A stretch of 64,000 nucleotides of DNA from NCBI GenBank assembly GCA_050575255.1, contig JBNZDD010013599.1, positions 168,003-232,002 on the forward strand. The letters are read 5' to 3'. This stretch comes from Harriotta raleighana. Taxonomy: Eukaryota. Below the pieces are notes generated by a model. It saw nothing but the letters and a program-made list of their open reading frames with translations. It had not been told where the DNA came from and ran no database searches. Position numbers and translations under genes: made by a program. Below are positions 25,078 through 38,896 of the stretch, piece after piece; the first letter of the stretch is position 1, and the number at the start of each line of letters is the position of its first letter.

Positions 25078-27896
25078 CTGACAAAAAAAAGAAACATTAA
25101 TCAATTATTTATTACTCAAGAATGAGAACTTTAAATCCTAAAATCTTGCTCCTTTTTCATTAGTTTCATAGAATTTTATTATTATTTTAGCTGCTATTCA
25201 GTACAACATATTTCAACTACAATCATGCAAGGCCAACTTGAGCATTCACAAAATTCTACCGTAACTACAGTTAGTAACAAGTTATATAAAAAAGATGACA
25301 ACTTCATAACCATCCTCTGCAGGGGCACTCCATGGATGAGTTAATAAAATACAACTAATACACTTTGCTGAGGAGCAAAGTACTGTAGATGGTTCAAGCT
25401 CATATGTATCCTTGCTGTTCTTTCCTTCCTTAAAAGGATAAGAAAGCTAAAATCTTCAGAACAAAACCAAATTGGATTGTAATACAAATTAACAGGATAA
25501 CATTGCTTGTATTCTCAATAAAACAGTTTCATTTACGCTACAATCTCAGAAATGAAGTGAAATTATTGGCTTCATCAAAGGAATAAAACAAAAGTTCATT
25601 GAAGTTACCCAAATAACAAAATATTTACACTGGTGTCATAGTAGCTTGGATATAGAACTATTGCCTTATGGAAAGGTGATAATTTTTTTTTTTTTTTTTT
25701 TTTAAAGGCTTCATTCCCTTGTGCAATCCTATATAAAATAAATTTTCTATCACACCATCAAACTGATAGCTAACCAAAGCTTATTACATGATCAATTTTC
25801 AGCATCATATCCAAATCTCTTAAATGTTTTGGTAGTTGATGGGGAGTGTTCCAATAATACTAATTAAACCTAGACAGTTTCTGATGCCCAAAGTCAGAAC
25901 AGTTCTTCTGTCCTAGCTGTAGTAGAATAAAGTTCTGTACCATGGACCAGTTATGATGGCTGTACTACAACACTTAGGAAAATGCAGATTGCCCAAAATA
26001 TCATACGCAACACATGCAACACTGCACAATGTATTACTAAGTATGCACTCTAAAATCTCATCCTGCAACCAGTCCCAATGCAAATGAGAATAAAGCAGCA
26101 GGGATGCCTTTGTTCTGCTTTTCTGTTCTATTTCAGAGAATAAATTGTAGCAGAAATCAAAGTCATTTCAGTCCACTGACGGAATCTTCCAATTCTGGGA
26201 ATGTCAATGCTGGCACCTGATGTTACGTGGTGTTAAAGTTGACTTTATTTACAAAATGGATGTAGATTCAAATACAGAAATTGAAATTGAATATACAAGA
26301 AATGAATGGGAAGATCAACAACAAATGTAATAATCTAAACTATGATATGCAATGCTTATAAACATTCCTTTCAGACATTAGATATACCGTTCACAAATAA
26401 TTGTCTAAACTGTTTAGTTTTCCTTACATACCCACCAGGTGGCACCATCTCATCAACACCTTTATTTAAAAAAGCCAAAATTTCTCAAACAGTATTTACT
26501 AGTTAAACCAGTTTCAGTTCCTTCCCTCTAATCTTTGATTTGAAGACCATAGTTTCTTCTTTTTGCTAAAAAAAATTACATTTTCTACAAAATATTGTTG
26601 ATTTGTGTAAACACAATTTTCTAGAGAAATTAGGTTAAAATGAATAATTAATAAACTGCAATTCATATTGTGAACTCTACGTAAACATTTGCAGTCCTAC
26701 ACCAATGAACTTTTTAATATTGATGCAGAAATCCCACAGGTATTTTTAAGATTGCTCCTGTAAATTCAAATTTTCTCATTCATAATGCCGCTCTCTTAAA
26801 AAAAATTTGCTCGGGGTGCCTTAAGGAAAATAGGCACATTTTTACAAATTGCCAAAGCTCTTTGACATCAATTATTCATTTAACAACACAAGCCTACTTT
26901 CCAAAGCGGGTGTAGGAGAAAGAGTGGGCAGCGGGGCAAAGTAGGCTATAGCAGTCCAAAAATTCAATGAGAATATCTCTGGACAATATTGACTGTAGCT
27001 CTTCTTGATGTGAGCATACTCAAAGCAGATTACCTGTGGCTCTTCCAGAAGCTTACACAGCAGAAAGCAAGTTGTATCTGTGAGGGGTCCTGCTACCACT
27101 TACTTGGGAGATCATAGAATTTTTAAAAAATGATTAATTCAAATGGTAAATCTGAAACAAGACACTTCAAAGATGGCAATAATAAACAATAGTTGAAGGT
27201 CAACATAATCATTCATTTAACAGGAAAAAAATCATTTAGCCAATAAGTCATCAAATAATGTTTAATGCACACTTCCTGGAAAAGTTAGTAATTTTAAAAA
27301 TATTTTCTATAGATTTATAAAATTTCCTGTAAGCAGAATGTCTAGTCATGGTCACCCAGGAAGCTCAACTGTCATTTAATATAAAGGATTTGAATCTCAC
27401 ATACTGGAAAATTAAATCTACAGTACATGAATTGATATAATCCATCTCCTGTCTTAATCTTTAAATCTTATTCTGAAAGAACAAGCAACTAACATGACAT
27501 TTACCATCTTGGTAGCTCCCCCCCACCACCAACTTTGTCAGACAATATCCTGGAACTAGCATGTGAAAATTAAATGCAAATTATAAATAAATCTTTCAAA
27601 GCAACAAAGTTACCTCAATATAGAACTAAACTGTTCCACTAGATGATGTGTGCTTAGCTTTAGCTACACAATAAGTGCTTAGTACCCATCAGAGTTATCA
27701 TAATGCTTACATTTGGTACTGGTACTTGATCACGTTGAGACATCTCAAAACACTAAGATTTACTATTATCTGTATTTATAAACAAAGATTTAAGCCAATT
27801 TGTGCACAGCAACAAGCAGGAGGTGAATGACTATTTTTATCCAGAAGATTGTTGGCTATGACATCAGTAAAAATTCTCTTCTCTTTTCGAATAGTA

Positions 27897-28396
27897 CAGT
27901 AAAATTTCGATAATCCGGCACATTCGGGACCTAGGCGGTGTCGGATTAGCAAATATGACGGATTATTGGACGATTATTGGATGATTTAAAGATTAAGACA
28001 GGAGATGGATTATATCAATTCATGTACTGTAGATTTAATTTTCCAGTATGTGAGGGTTAGGAGGATTTGAGTGTGCTGTGCTCTTATCGATGTTACATAC
28101 CTGTTTAGCCAAAACCGAAACTCTCCCCAGCCCAGCGGAGCAGGTGGTCTGCCTACAGAGGCATCGCACACACATTTTTTTTTTACAAATTGCGACCGCA
28201 CGCATTTATTAAAGTGCGCATGCGCACTTATTAAACATGGTGTCAGTGACGGGCCCCCCTTGGAAAATGCACCGAGTACTGTGAAGGCTCTCTGGAAAGA
28301 GATGCGCATAGAGATGTGCATATTGGACAAAGACAGGCCATCGCAGACTACAAGGAATTTGGGATTAACAGGTACTGGATTAAAGGAATTTTCCTG
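27897..28396. mobile_element. non-autonomous Tc1/mariner (pogo/Tigger-like) MITE
   Basis: TA|CAGTAAAATTTCGATAATCCGG ... CTGGATTAAAGGAATTTTCCTG|TA; imperfect TIRs, TA target duplication, no transposase ORF. Confidence 0.7.
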
Positions 28397-29689
28397 TACC
28401 ATAGAATCTTTACTGTCCACCTGAACAGGCAGAGAGGAGCTCAACAACTCTACTAAAGGACCTCACCAACCCTACTGAATTATTTCACCTCCAGCAATGC
28501 AGCTCTTTCCCCCCTGCACTCTATTAGAGCATCAGCTCAAAGTCCTGTCATGAAGTTTGAACAATCTTCTGACTCAGAGGTGAGAGAGCTACAAATTGAG
28601 CCAGGCTGACACCGAGTTATATCCGCCAAATCCTGAATGCGTTTGCAAGACTACACTCAAGGTTAATTCCCTCCAGCATTCATTATCCAAGGACTCAATT
28701 TCCTTGTCAAAGCTCATTAAATGTTCTGTTCAATTTTACCGAGATCTTGGCTTTAGGATGTATTAATAATGTACGTCTGACACCGGATGTCAGTGTTGCT
28801 AACCACGGTGCAAGGGAGGAGCTCCTGTTATATGTTATAAACAGTGAGAGCTTAAACTTGCGCTAGTTAGCAGTTTGTTGACCAAGGAATATGATTCTCC
28901 TCCAGAAATGGAATTAAGTAAAGATCAAACTGATTCTGAGGCATCACTGGGTCCTTAATGGAACTGGAGGTTTAAAGAAGTCAGAGAATGGGAATTTTCG
29001 TATTTGGCTACTAAATAAAGTACAAGCCAAACCTGGGTAGAATGGTGCTTTATGGACAAGCTTATTAATGCTTCATCCTGAAACTGCTGTTCCGACAGGT
29101 TACATTTCAACAGTCCCAAAATGGCACATTTTAGATCCCCCTAATATCTTGATTTCTTCCGAGCTAAACTGTATATGGTACTGGTATTCTCTTAGTACAG
29201 TATATGCAAGTGGAACTGTTCAACTCGGAAGGGATAGGTCACTCAAAAACTAGCAAACTGAAGCTCTGTTTCAGTGAGATCCAGGTAGCTGGAACATGAC
29301 AAGGTGTTTCCATCCATTCAACCATCTCAATAAAATTATATTTAACATTAAATGTGTACTTTTATATTCATGATATAAAAAACTTGAGGGATTCACAAAA
29401 TGTGGTCATCAAAAACAATTTGTGATAGAATAGACATCCAAATTTTAGTGCACTGGTTTAAAAAATCTAATAATCAGGATCTATAGGTTTGTCTATGAAA
29501 CTTTCAAAACTTGTGTCCACATTGTTTCTTTAAAATATCGCTAACATCGATGCGATAACAAAACCAACATCTAATATGGAAATATCAAGGCATATTCGCA
29601 GCTTAAGTTAGTTTCATGAAAATCTATAATACGCTAGCCACTGGTCCTTTTTTTTTGTATAAAATCATCTTACAGGATAAAGGAGGCTG

Positions 29690-30105
29690 CCATGCAAGAC
29701 ATTTCATTTTGTAGTCAGTCTGAAAGGCGCTTGCACAGTCATTGCTTCCAACCTGAACTAGGGAGTTTGGAAGGAAAGGGAGAGGGATTTAGAATGACCG
29801 ATGAGACCATCGAAGAGATGGGTCCTAAGGCAGGCAGAGACTGCGGGATGGAGTACCAGAAGTTAGGGGCAGAGTGGCTGAAGGATCGCCCGCCAATGGT
29901 GGGTGGGGCGGGTGACATGGAGCAGGCCAGAGGCCGCTGAGCAGAGGGAGTGGGCAGGTTGGTAGGGGGTTAGGAAGTCGCAGAGATAGAGTGGGGCAAA
30001 GCCATGGAGGGCTTTCTATGTGAGGACCAGAATCTTGAATTGAATCCTCTGTGTGATGGGGAGCCAATGGAATCAGGCGAGGATGGGGCAGATGGGGTCA
30101 CGAAC
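29690..30105 (-). mobile_element. L2 LINE 3' fragment
   Basis: G-rich segment sharing motifs with 34085-34415 and 54715-55000 (gctgaagg..cg.cc....tggtgg; atggggagcc). Confidence 0.65.
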
Positions 30106-30929
30106 CTTGCATAGTAACTTGGAACCATGAAAGGTAACTTTTCACGTCAAAATACCTTCCATGATCCATTTACTGATTGAGAATAGTTTTACTGCCACAA
30201 AAATAGATATTGGTTTAAAACTATGAATCTGAAAAGCCATTAATACAGCATGATTGATATTAATTCTGTAGCATTAGAATCTCCCGGGAGAGGGGAAAAA
30301 ATCTGAAAAGCTTAAGCAACATTTTTGGATGAGGCCTAATATCAGTCAATTCTGCAGGCCAAGAGATCGGATGTATTCATTTCCCTACTTCACATGCTGA
30401 AACAAGAACTAGGAGTATGACTGACTTAACTGAGATCACATTACAACATGGGCTTGAACAAAGAAAACAAGGGCTTTGCAATAGAACAGCAAAATCCAGA
30501 CTGCTATCAAACCACAAACAAAAGGTTTCAGGATCTTCCAAATGCCTCCCATGACCTTCAACATGGCATGCTTTTCCCCAGCAACTCTATAATAACGAGC
30601 ACAATGGCAGGTTAAAATGGCCACCACAAACTCTGAACTAAATTTGTGACATTGCTTCCGAGCCACTGAAGGCTATTCAAATACAAAGTATGAATTACCC
30701 GGGGGATGCAGTACTTAAACAATGAAGGAGCCATTTAGCTTTCATGAAACTACAGCACGTTAAACCCTTCTACAATGATTCTCCAGGGGATGACAAGACA
30801 GACTACTGCCCATTGATTAAGGTATATTTCACATTATTAATAAAACATAAGCTTGGTATCAATCTGCGGTCACAAACATTAGCTTTGACTAGGTCATGGG
30901 ACTATAAACTTGAGTCATAATGTAAACTA

Positions 30930-31452
30930 CAGTAAATATAAACTGCAGTTTATCCGGCACCCATGGGACCTGGCCAATGCTGTTTAAACGGTCGGATCCA
31001 ACGCTAAAAACCCAACACAAAAAAAATTAACTTATTTTAACACATACGATATTAATAATAGACTAAATAATAACAGATAACAGAATATTGTATGAGTACT
31101 TTATTGTAAATGTTGTACACTATACCATATAAATAATAGACTAAATACACGAATAACAGATACTGTAATAACAGAATATTGTATTAGTACTTTATTATTT
31201 ACACTTAACTTCTGCAATGGCGGCCGCCACAGGGGAAAAAAATGGTAGCGCAACTTTAAGGCTTTAATAGCGGCAAGACGAAATACCTGTACAGTACTCA
31301 TGTGTGATAATCAATTCATTAATGTGCCACTGCTATTCTGGATAAATTCTGATTAATCGGATGGGGACTTTTTTTGTGTGCCGATATTTTTGTGTGTACC
31401 AATTATACGGAAGTTCCGGTTCATCGAATCACGGATATACGGGCATTTACTG
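30930..31452. mobile_element. pogo/Tigger-like MITE
   Basis: TA|CAGTAAA...TTATCCGGCACCCATGGGACCTGGCC ... CGGATATACGGGCATTTACTG|TA. Confidence 0.75.
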
Positions 31453-32547
31453 TAGATAAAAACATCCAAACGAAGGATGCAGATTTGCTCTCATGGTAAA
31501 CAGTAGCACTAATCCACTGGACCCTTTGGTGTTCTTACACAGGTGGATGAAACTTTTCCCATCACAATGTACATTCTGCAGTTTTGCACTCTGCAGTGAG
31601 TTCAAGCTATTGGCGTTAGTCACAATGCTATCTCTGCTAAAAGTGCGTTAAAGCTATGCCAATGATGGCACAATCATACCTTTGAATATGCTGACATATT
31701 TGCAATAAGGATATTTCAAGGATTTCAACTTTTCACAGATCTCAACCCATTTCTTTATTGGATATAAAGCTCATAACGTATGAGTCAGGTCAATAGAATG
31801 ATATATCTAACCAGGTAGCATGACCTAAACTGAATAGAGAACTAGAGGACAAGTTCAAAATGAATAAGCCTCAAGCAAGACAAGAGATTAGAAGGATTTG
31901 TTTTAATCAAACGCACATGGGTTTTCCAATCAGATTATTCACAAAATGGAATAATGGCATGATATTTGAGCAAGAAAATCTTGTGAATTCCATAACAACA
32001 ACCTGGATTTATATATTGCCCTTCTAGCCAGATAGCTTAATAAATAAAACATTAAACATTTAAGAAATAAAATGAATCATTGCTTTAATAGGCATATTCT
32101 CTCCATTTTTCCAACATCAATCAAAGCAAAATAAAAATTCTGTGCTGCTTGCACACACCTTCATTGCCTGCTTGGCTAATGTCTATTTTGAAAATAACAT
32201 TCAACTATCCAAACCACACAGATTAATATCTGCCTGAAAAATGTTTGTAGCCTACAGGTCCAATAGATAAATGACACATAATTTGCAAATCCATTTTGAG
32301 TCACAAATTGAAATAATTACTGTGTATTTGAAGTTAAAATCTAAGGAAACATTCTCTGTGGCAGTTCAGTCAATCTTCCTATTAGATTATTATATGAAGA
32401 ATGGGATTTAGTCTGAGCTGGTACATTCTAAGCTTACAGTAAAGCACATAGAAATATCTACAACCTTTATAAACTGCAAATGGCTGGCTGCTGATGAACT
32501 GTAATTCTACCCTATTTGCAAGGTCATACTTTAAACACTCCAATATA

Positions 32548-33327
32548 CAGTAGAACCCCGCTTATCTGTGACTCGAATAATCTGAAAACCTGTTCAACTG
32601 CCATCTCAAAAAAAAAGTCCTGATCCGATTAACCAGAAGTTATCCGGAGACGCGTTTAATGTCGGGTCTAAACTCGTTCCGGGTCCTTTTAAAAGTCCCT
32701 TTTTTTTTTACTTCGTTCAGATGCGCCTGTGATTGGGAAGTTAAGTACTGTATACATAATAAATATTGCTGCAGATCGCGGCCAGAGAGAGAGGGAGGGA
32801 GCGCGGGGAACAGAGAGAGGGGGGATAGGGATGGAGAGACAGAGAAAGAGAGAGTGGGGGGGAATGAGAGAGAGATGGGGGAAAAGCATAATGGAGTGAG
32901 AGAGAGAAAGAAATGGCAGGCAGGTTGATGCAGAGAGAGAGAGAGCGAGGGAGAGAGAGGAAAGGGACGGGGGGGTTGAGGATTGTGGACAGAATTTATA
33001 TGACGGATTCAGATTGAATATCTTTGAGGGTCTGTGTCTGTCTGTTTGGGTGTCTGTCTATTTGGGTGTCTATGTGTGTGTGTGTGTGTGTGCTGGCCGC
33101 TAGGTCTAAACTCGTTGCTTTTTAAAGTCTTGTTTTTTACCTCGCGTCGAATCAGTGCTGCAATTGCGAAGTTAAGTATAAATAATAATGTAGTAAAAAA
33201 AATATTATTCAGCCATTATTAATATGGTATATGTTAAAAAAATAAATTAAAAATCCGTTCAACCGAAAAAACGGTTTAACCCTAACTGGCCAGGTCCCGT
33301 GGGTGCCGGATAAATGGGGTTCTACTG
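32548..33327. mobile_element. pogo/Tigger-like MITE with internal GA-rich and TG tracts
   Basis: TA|CAGTAGAACCCCGCTTATC ... GGATAAATGGGGTTCTACTG|TA; 17/19 TIR match. Confidence 0.85.
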
Positions 33328-34084
33328 TATGAACTATTTCTCATCAATGTAAGTGATAGAGCAACACCTTTCTTGACTGTGCTTACGGTCCCCTTCACAC
33401 CCCCCTGGCTCGGAGTCAGGATCCGCCACTGTTAAGCCCTCTAAGGTTCTGCTGTGCATGGAGGGCACTGTATAAGCACAATCTATCAACAAATGTGTAA
33501 ATACAGAATACTGTATATACACAGAATACATATATACAGAATACTGTATATCTCGGAGCAGCCTAATTTAAGGACTTGGATAGAATCGTAAAATCAGGAC
33601 AAAGTTCAAGTTGTTTATAACAGACAGTGAACCAAGGTTAAACCCACAAGCAAAGAATGCACAAATTATACCTTTACGCAATTTGGATTTGTTCTCAAAA
33701 CTGAATGCATTAACTACTAGCCACATATAAAATGGAGTACTGCTTAGAATTACAGGTGAACAGATACAAAGTGTTCCAATTACATCAATGATAAGTTTAT
33801 ATCACAAAATAAACTAACCCTAAAGCAAAACTTTTCTTTCCCATGACATACAATGTATGGTGTTGCATAAACCTGCATAATATCACTGCAGTTACAGACA
33901 TCAGCTCCATTAGCACCTATAGAAACTTATAGCTAAATTGGAGGAAAGTAAAATAAAGAAAATGCACATCTTAAATACACAATTTGCTGTCATACAATTT
34001 GACATCTAGATGAAATGTACATTTAATACTAAATACTCCACCTGCACCATCAATATGAAACTAATGTGTTATAATTCTAGAAGA

Positions 34085-34415
34085 GTACAATAATCACAAC
34101 AGAGAGGCTAGGGGTGGGAGCCGAAGCTGCAGTCAAATAGTGGGATCTTGAGACATGCCTTGAAGGAGGCAAGGGAGGCTGCAAGATGAAGGGAGTATAG
34201 GGTGGAGTTCCATGGGGTGGAGGCAGAAAGGCTGAAGGTCCGACCATTGGTGGTGCGTGGGCCAGGCTGGGCTGGGCAAGAAACATGGAGCAGGATGCAA
34301 CCTACTGAGTGGAGGAGGCTGACATGGGTAGGGATAGGGAGAAGAAAGGCTGTGGGGGGCTTTAAGACGAGGATTGTGAACTCCATCCTCTGGGGGATGG
34401 GGAGCCTGTGGAATC
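34085..34415 (-). mobile_element. L2 LINE 3' fragment
   Basis: gccgaagctgcagtcaaatagtgggatcttgagacatgccttgaagg...atggggagcctgtgg. Confidence 0.65.
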
Positions 34416-35759
34416 TAGTACATTTCTATAATCACAAAAACACTGGCTTGAATGATGTACATGTTTACATAACCATTTTAATCCCAGCTCTTTCTTAAAC
34501 ACAAGTGAATTCAAGCCATTATTGGATAAACTGGATTCCGAAAGAAAAAAAAATTCAGCTGCAAAATTAAATTTGGAACAAATGCCCATTTAGAAAGATG
34601 AAAATAGCAGAGAAAGACGAGGACTGTGTGAACAGATGGGAAATGCACCGGTCATTCCAGCATTGCCATTTCTTGAAAAGGAATTCTAGATTTATATCTG
34701 AACAGAGTATCAATAATGGCAATGGGCATGCATATTAAAACACTATTCTTAACATTTATGCTGCATATGATGCTTTCAGTGGGCTACTAGATGAAGAACA
34801 TGAAAACAAACAAAAAAATAAGATCTTCCAAAGCCACAGGCAGAGCCGAGACAAATATTGTCAGCTCACTGAGACGAGTTCATCAGCAACCTTGACACGG
34901 GAAATGAAAATTTAAGACCTGTAAACTAGTCACAAAATAAATTTAGCAACAGAATATTTGTAAAACCTCTTGGTATGTTAAAATGTACATATAATAGATA
35001 TACAAAGTATGTTATATGTTATATATCATAAAATGGATGTGGACGACTGTAAGATCAAATTCCAACTTAGCAATTGGTAACCATACTGAAAAGAGAACTT
35101 TTAACGGCATACTTCAAGTGCAGGCCCTTAAAAGGAATTTTCTAACCACTAGCCACTTAACAAAAGAAAATATTTTGGGTATTCTGAACTGCTTTGTACA
35201 AGATCTAAACCATCTAAAGTTTTCATTCCGAATTTTGGAAATTGGGAGGCAAAGTCAAATTGCCAACATATTACTTAAATGTTCTAACACTTTTCCACTT
35301 TATTGATAATAAAAACAATTTCCAACAAGATATTTTCTTTGTAAGGAGTCTCTATTGATGGCAAGATGAGCAGCATTGTTGATTTGTTCCCCTGCAATAG
35401 AGAATGAAGCAAGCAAAGCAACTTAATAGGCAAACCATTTTGTATAAAGAATCAGAAGTTATTTAAGTAAAAGTTTCTTTCTGAAACCATGTCTAGGTGT
35501 AATCTCAGATGCAGCACGGGTGTTTGATCACTGTCCCATGGATCTATTTCTGTGCCACATTCTGAAGTGTCCTTTTTGTTGACAATCCTCTCATACCCCT
35601 ACTATATATAGGGCAAGGACAAGCAGAGTAGCAATAAGCTCCGAGCTGTAGGACTACCCTACCCAAATCTGGCTGACTCATAACTAGTTGTCTAAAGTTT
35701 TAGGCACTTAGTTCTGCAGTTGTTAAATAACAGATTAACATACTGAACATACAGATTAA

Positions 35760-36025
35760 CAGGTGTAGTAGCTCTGTCACCTTACAAATAAGGGATCTGA
35801 ATTAGGGTGAAACCTTGAGCAAGTTTCCTAATACAGTAATAATCAATCAAAACAAAATTGGTCATTTCAGTCCATGACTGTTTGTAGGACACTGCGTAAT
35901 CACCTGCTGTGTTTCTCCCACATACATACAGTCAATTGACTTTGTATATAGTATATTCTGTGAAGCACTTTGAGACATCTAGAAGATGTGAAAAGTACTA
36001 TATAATGCAAGAATTATTATTATTA
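35760..36025 (+). mobile_element. SINE, degraded near-full copy
   Basis: agggtgaaaccttgagcaagtttcct...gtgaagcactttgagac...ttattattatt. Confidence 0.7.
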
Positions 36026-38114
36026 CACTGCTTTATTTTGATCCCCAAGAAACAGGATTGGATATTTCTAGAACAGAATTCTGAATATGTAGACTATTAA
36101 GCATAGGGTCATGTTAACAATTTAACATTTAATATTCGAAGACAACCTACACTTAGGAAATCATCTTTATTTTGTGACTTGCTTTCATTACAAAGATAGC
36201 TTGATTTATAATCCAATCATATCTATATTTTGAAAAATTCTGTAAATGTAATGGGAAAGCCACAGCACAGCAGGGCATAAAATAAATAACTGTTTAAATG
36301 TATCCTTCAGATCCTGAAACCTGTTACGGCCTGACTGACAAAAGTCTAAACCCTGCTTAGTTCACAATGTTTCAGCCCCAGGGACAAACCTAATTTTATT
36401 ATAGAAATATCTAATTACATATCTTCCAATGCCTTGAGCACAGACCAGCAATCCGATTCAACTGACCCACAGATTCATCCCTTTGAGGAGCCCCCCGCCA
36501 CTTCAATACTATGATAAAACAAGGTCGATAATATCAATAGTACAAAGTATACCTCATTAAACACTATTTTCCCCTTCTTTGAGTGACCTGGTCTGATGCA
36601 AGGTTTCTATCAACATTAGGTTTCTACCAGGTAGAATATTAATGTTGGGCATTAATATTAGATTTAAATATTAATAGTGGGCCAGAATAACTTGCCTTTT
36701 AAATTCCTATTCTTTTCAGCACTTCAAAACCACAAATAAAATCAGAAACTGCATGAGGAATCACATCCTTCTATAGCACAACATCCTGACCTTGCCATGA
36801 ACATGATGGCATTCTTAAAAAACCTTAATGGCTTTAAGCAGGCTCCAAACTGTGCAAATCTGGAAAATAAGATTTGAGTTTAGTTATTCAAAAATTATTG
36901 AATACCAATCACTAAAATTAATTTTCAAAGATTTCCTGAACCGCTTTTAAAGTTTATTTTAAATATTTTTAGTTATTTTTGCTGTTTTAGTAACATTTCC
37001 TTTTTTAGGGTCACGGATAAATGGGCTTTTACTGTATTATAATGTTGAGCCACAATCACATTGAAACAACAAAACCCTAAGTCTTTTCTAGATAGTGAGT
37101 GCTCTTAAGACACAAAGGACTTTTAAAAAATGTATTGAAAAGGCACCTATGAAACCTAATTTGGCAATGAACTTATTTTATTAGTGCATTGTTTGGCAAA
37201 CATCCAAGAAAGCAGATTAGTGCTAATAAAATATAAAATTAAATTATTCTCGTACAGGAAGTGATAAAGAACATGTGCACAGGTTATTTTCTGACTGACT
37301 ACCCATCATTTTCAGATTAATCACAAGATTTGCTGTGTAAAGTGTACCGCAATGGCAAACGAGGAAAACATTGATTATATATACCATTCATTAGCAATGT
37401 ATTCAACTTTCCTTTACTGCTAAATGTGCTGAGTTGTTTTTAAAAATGACATTATTGGTAATACTGTAGAGTACATTTGTTTTACACTGCAATTACGGGG
37501 TTGAGAAGATACATTTAAAAAGGAATAATGCAAATATACTTGATGGATGCAACAATGCTATAATCATATAAAACATATTGTTTGTGTTTCATTGGAGTCA
37601 AATATACCATGCAATATAGTGAAATTGTGATAAATACAGGACATAATTCTGGGAAAACTGAGTTATATCAACTTCAAATTGAATAAACACATGTATTCTA
37701 AATAATAACATTGGATATTAATATTGGATGTGAAAATATCCAAGCCAACAACAGTTTATCCATGATGTGTGAACACACCAAGAGGAAATTCCAATGGATC
37801 AGGTTTATCGTTACCACTATTCAGCCTTTCTATCTGGAAACAAATCCACCAAATTCCAAGTGCATTCATGTATTATTATCCTACCTGACTGTTCAGCGTC
37901 TTGGGACGTTCTCCCGATGTGAAAGGCACTATATAAATGTAATTTGGATTGATTGATGTTCCACAAATTCTAACTTAGAAACTAGACAACTACTTATGAC
38001 GAAGGAAATCAAAAAGGAAAGTGATTGCAGAGTTCACTTCTTATTGTTATTCCAGCAACAGATGAAAATCCTCCTTTGAATTTCTAATAATAAATCGTAT
38101 ACTTGTATCACACA

Positions 38115-38410
38115 GGTACAGTCTGACACCGAGCCAGTGGGGAGAGAGTGGGAGGTGACTAGAAACGCACAGGTCTTTAGGTGGTATTTTCAAGTGGGGA
38201 GCGAAGGGGAAAGGTCGAGGGCGAGAGTTTCAGAATTTTGGGGTATAGAGGCTAAAGTCATAGCCACTGATGGTTCAGAGGAGGGTACAAGGCCTGAGCT
38301 GGTCGAGCAAAGGCAGCAGAGGTGACATGAGGGCATAAGCAGATTGGACAGGTATAGAGGTACAAGGACATGACGGGATTTGAAAACGAGTGAGACGATC
38401 TCCAGGGTAA
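38115..38410 (-). mobile_element. L2-like LINE 3' fragment
   Basis: similar composition and motifs to the other L2 fragments. Confidence 0.5.
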
Positions 38411-38593
38411 CATCTAATTTTAGGCATTCCATGAGTGAGCTAATACATTGAAATACACATCCAGCCGTATGTTTTAGCCACAAGTTGTCAATGTACCTTG
38501 AAGGTCTCCAGTCCCACCCAATTGATGCAATAAAGAGCAGCATTCTGGCACATACCTCATCACAGCCCTATTAAGTAGCAAGAAAATGTAATA

Positions 38594-38896
38594 CTTTAAT
38601 ACCTCAATAATCCGGCATGGTTGGGCCCATTTACCTCCCTGATTTCAGAGTTTGCTGGTATTTAGAACCTAAGTGGCTGGGGAAGCACCGCCTCATTCAC
38701 CACGTGAGCTGTAAACACAGCACTGAAGCCAAACTATGCTCAACCGCAGCGCAGGATGACAGAGCGGCCACACCGGGAACTACAAGCAGCTGTTCCAAAC
38801 TCCGGGACATTTGCCGGAATCAGAAAACAATCTTACACTGTATGTATTTTGAAATCTTGCCAGCTTTCAGAATGTCGAATTATCAAGGTATTACTG
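38594..38896. mobile_element. pogo/Tigger-like MITE (about 300 bp)
   Basis: TA|CTTTAATACCTCAATAATCCGGCA ... TGTCGAATTATCAAGGTATTACTG|TA. Confidence 0.65.

Noticed and set aside
28010-28447. 145-aa and 117-aa ORFs inside the MITE as a possible transposase
   Set aside because: No HTH or DDE/DDD motifs, and the element is only 500 bp.
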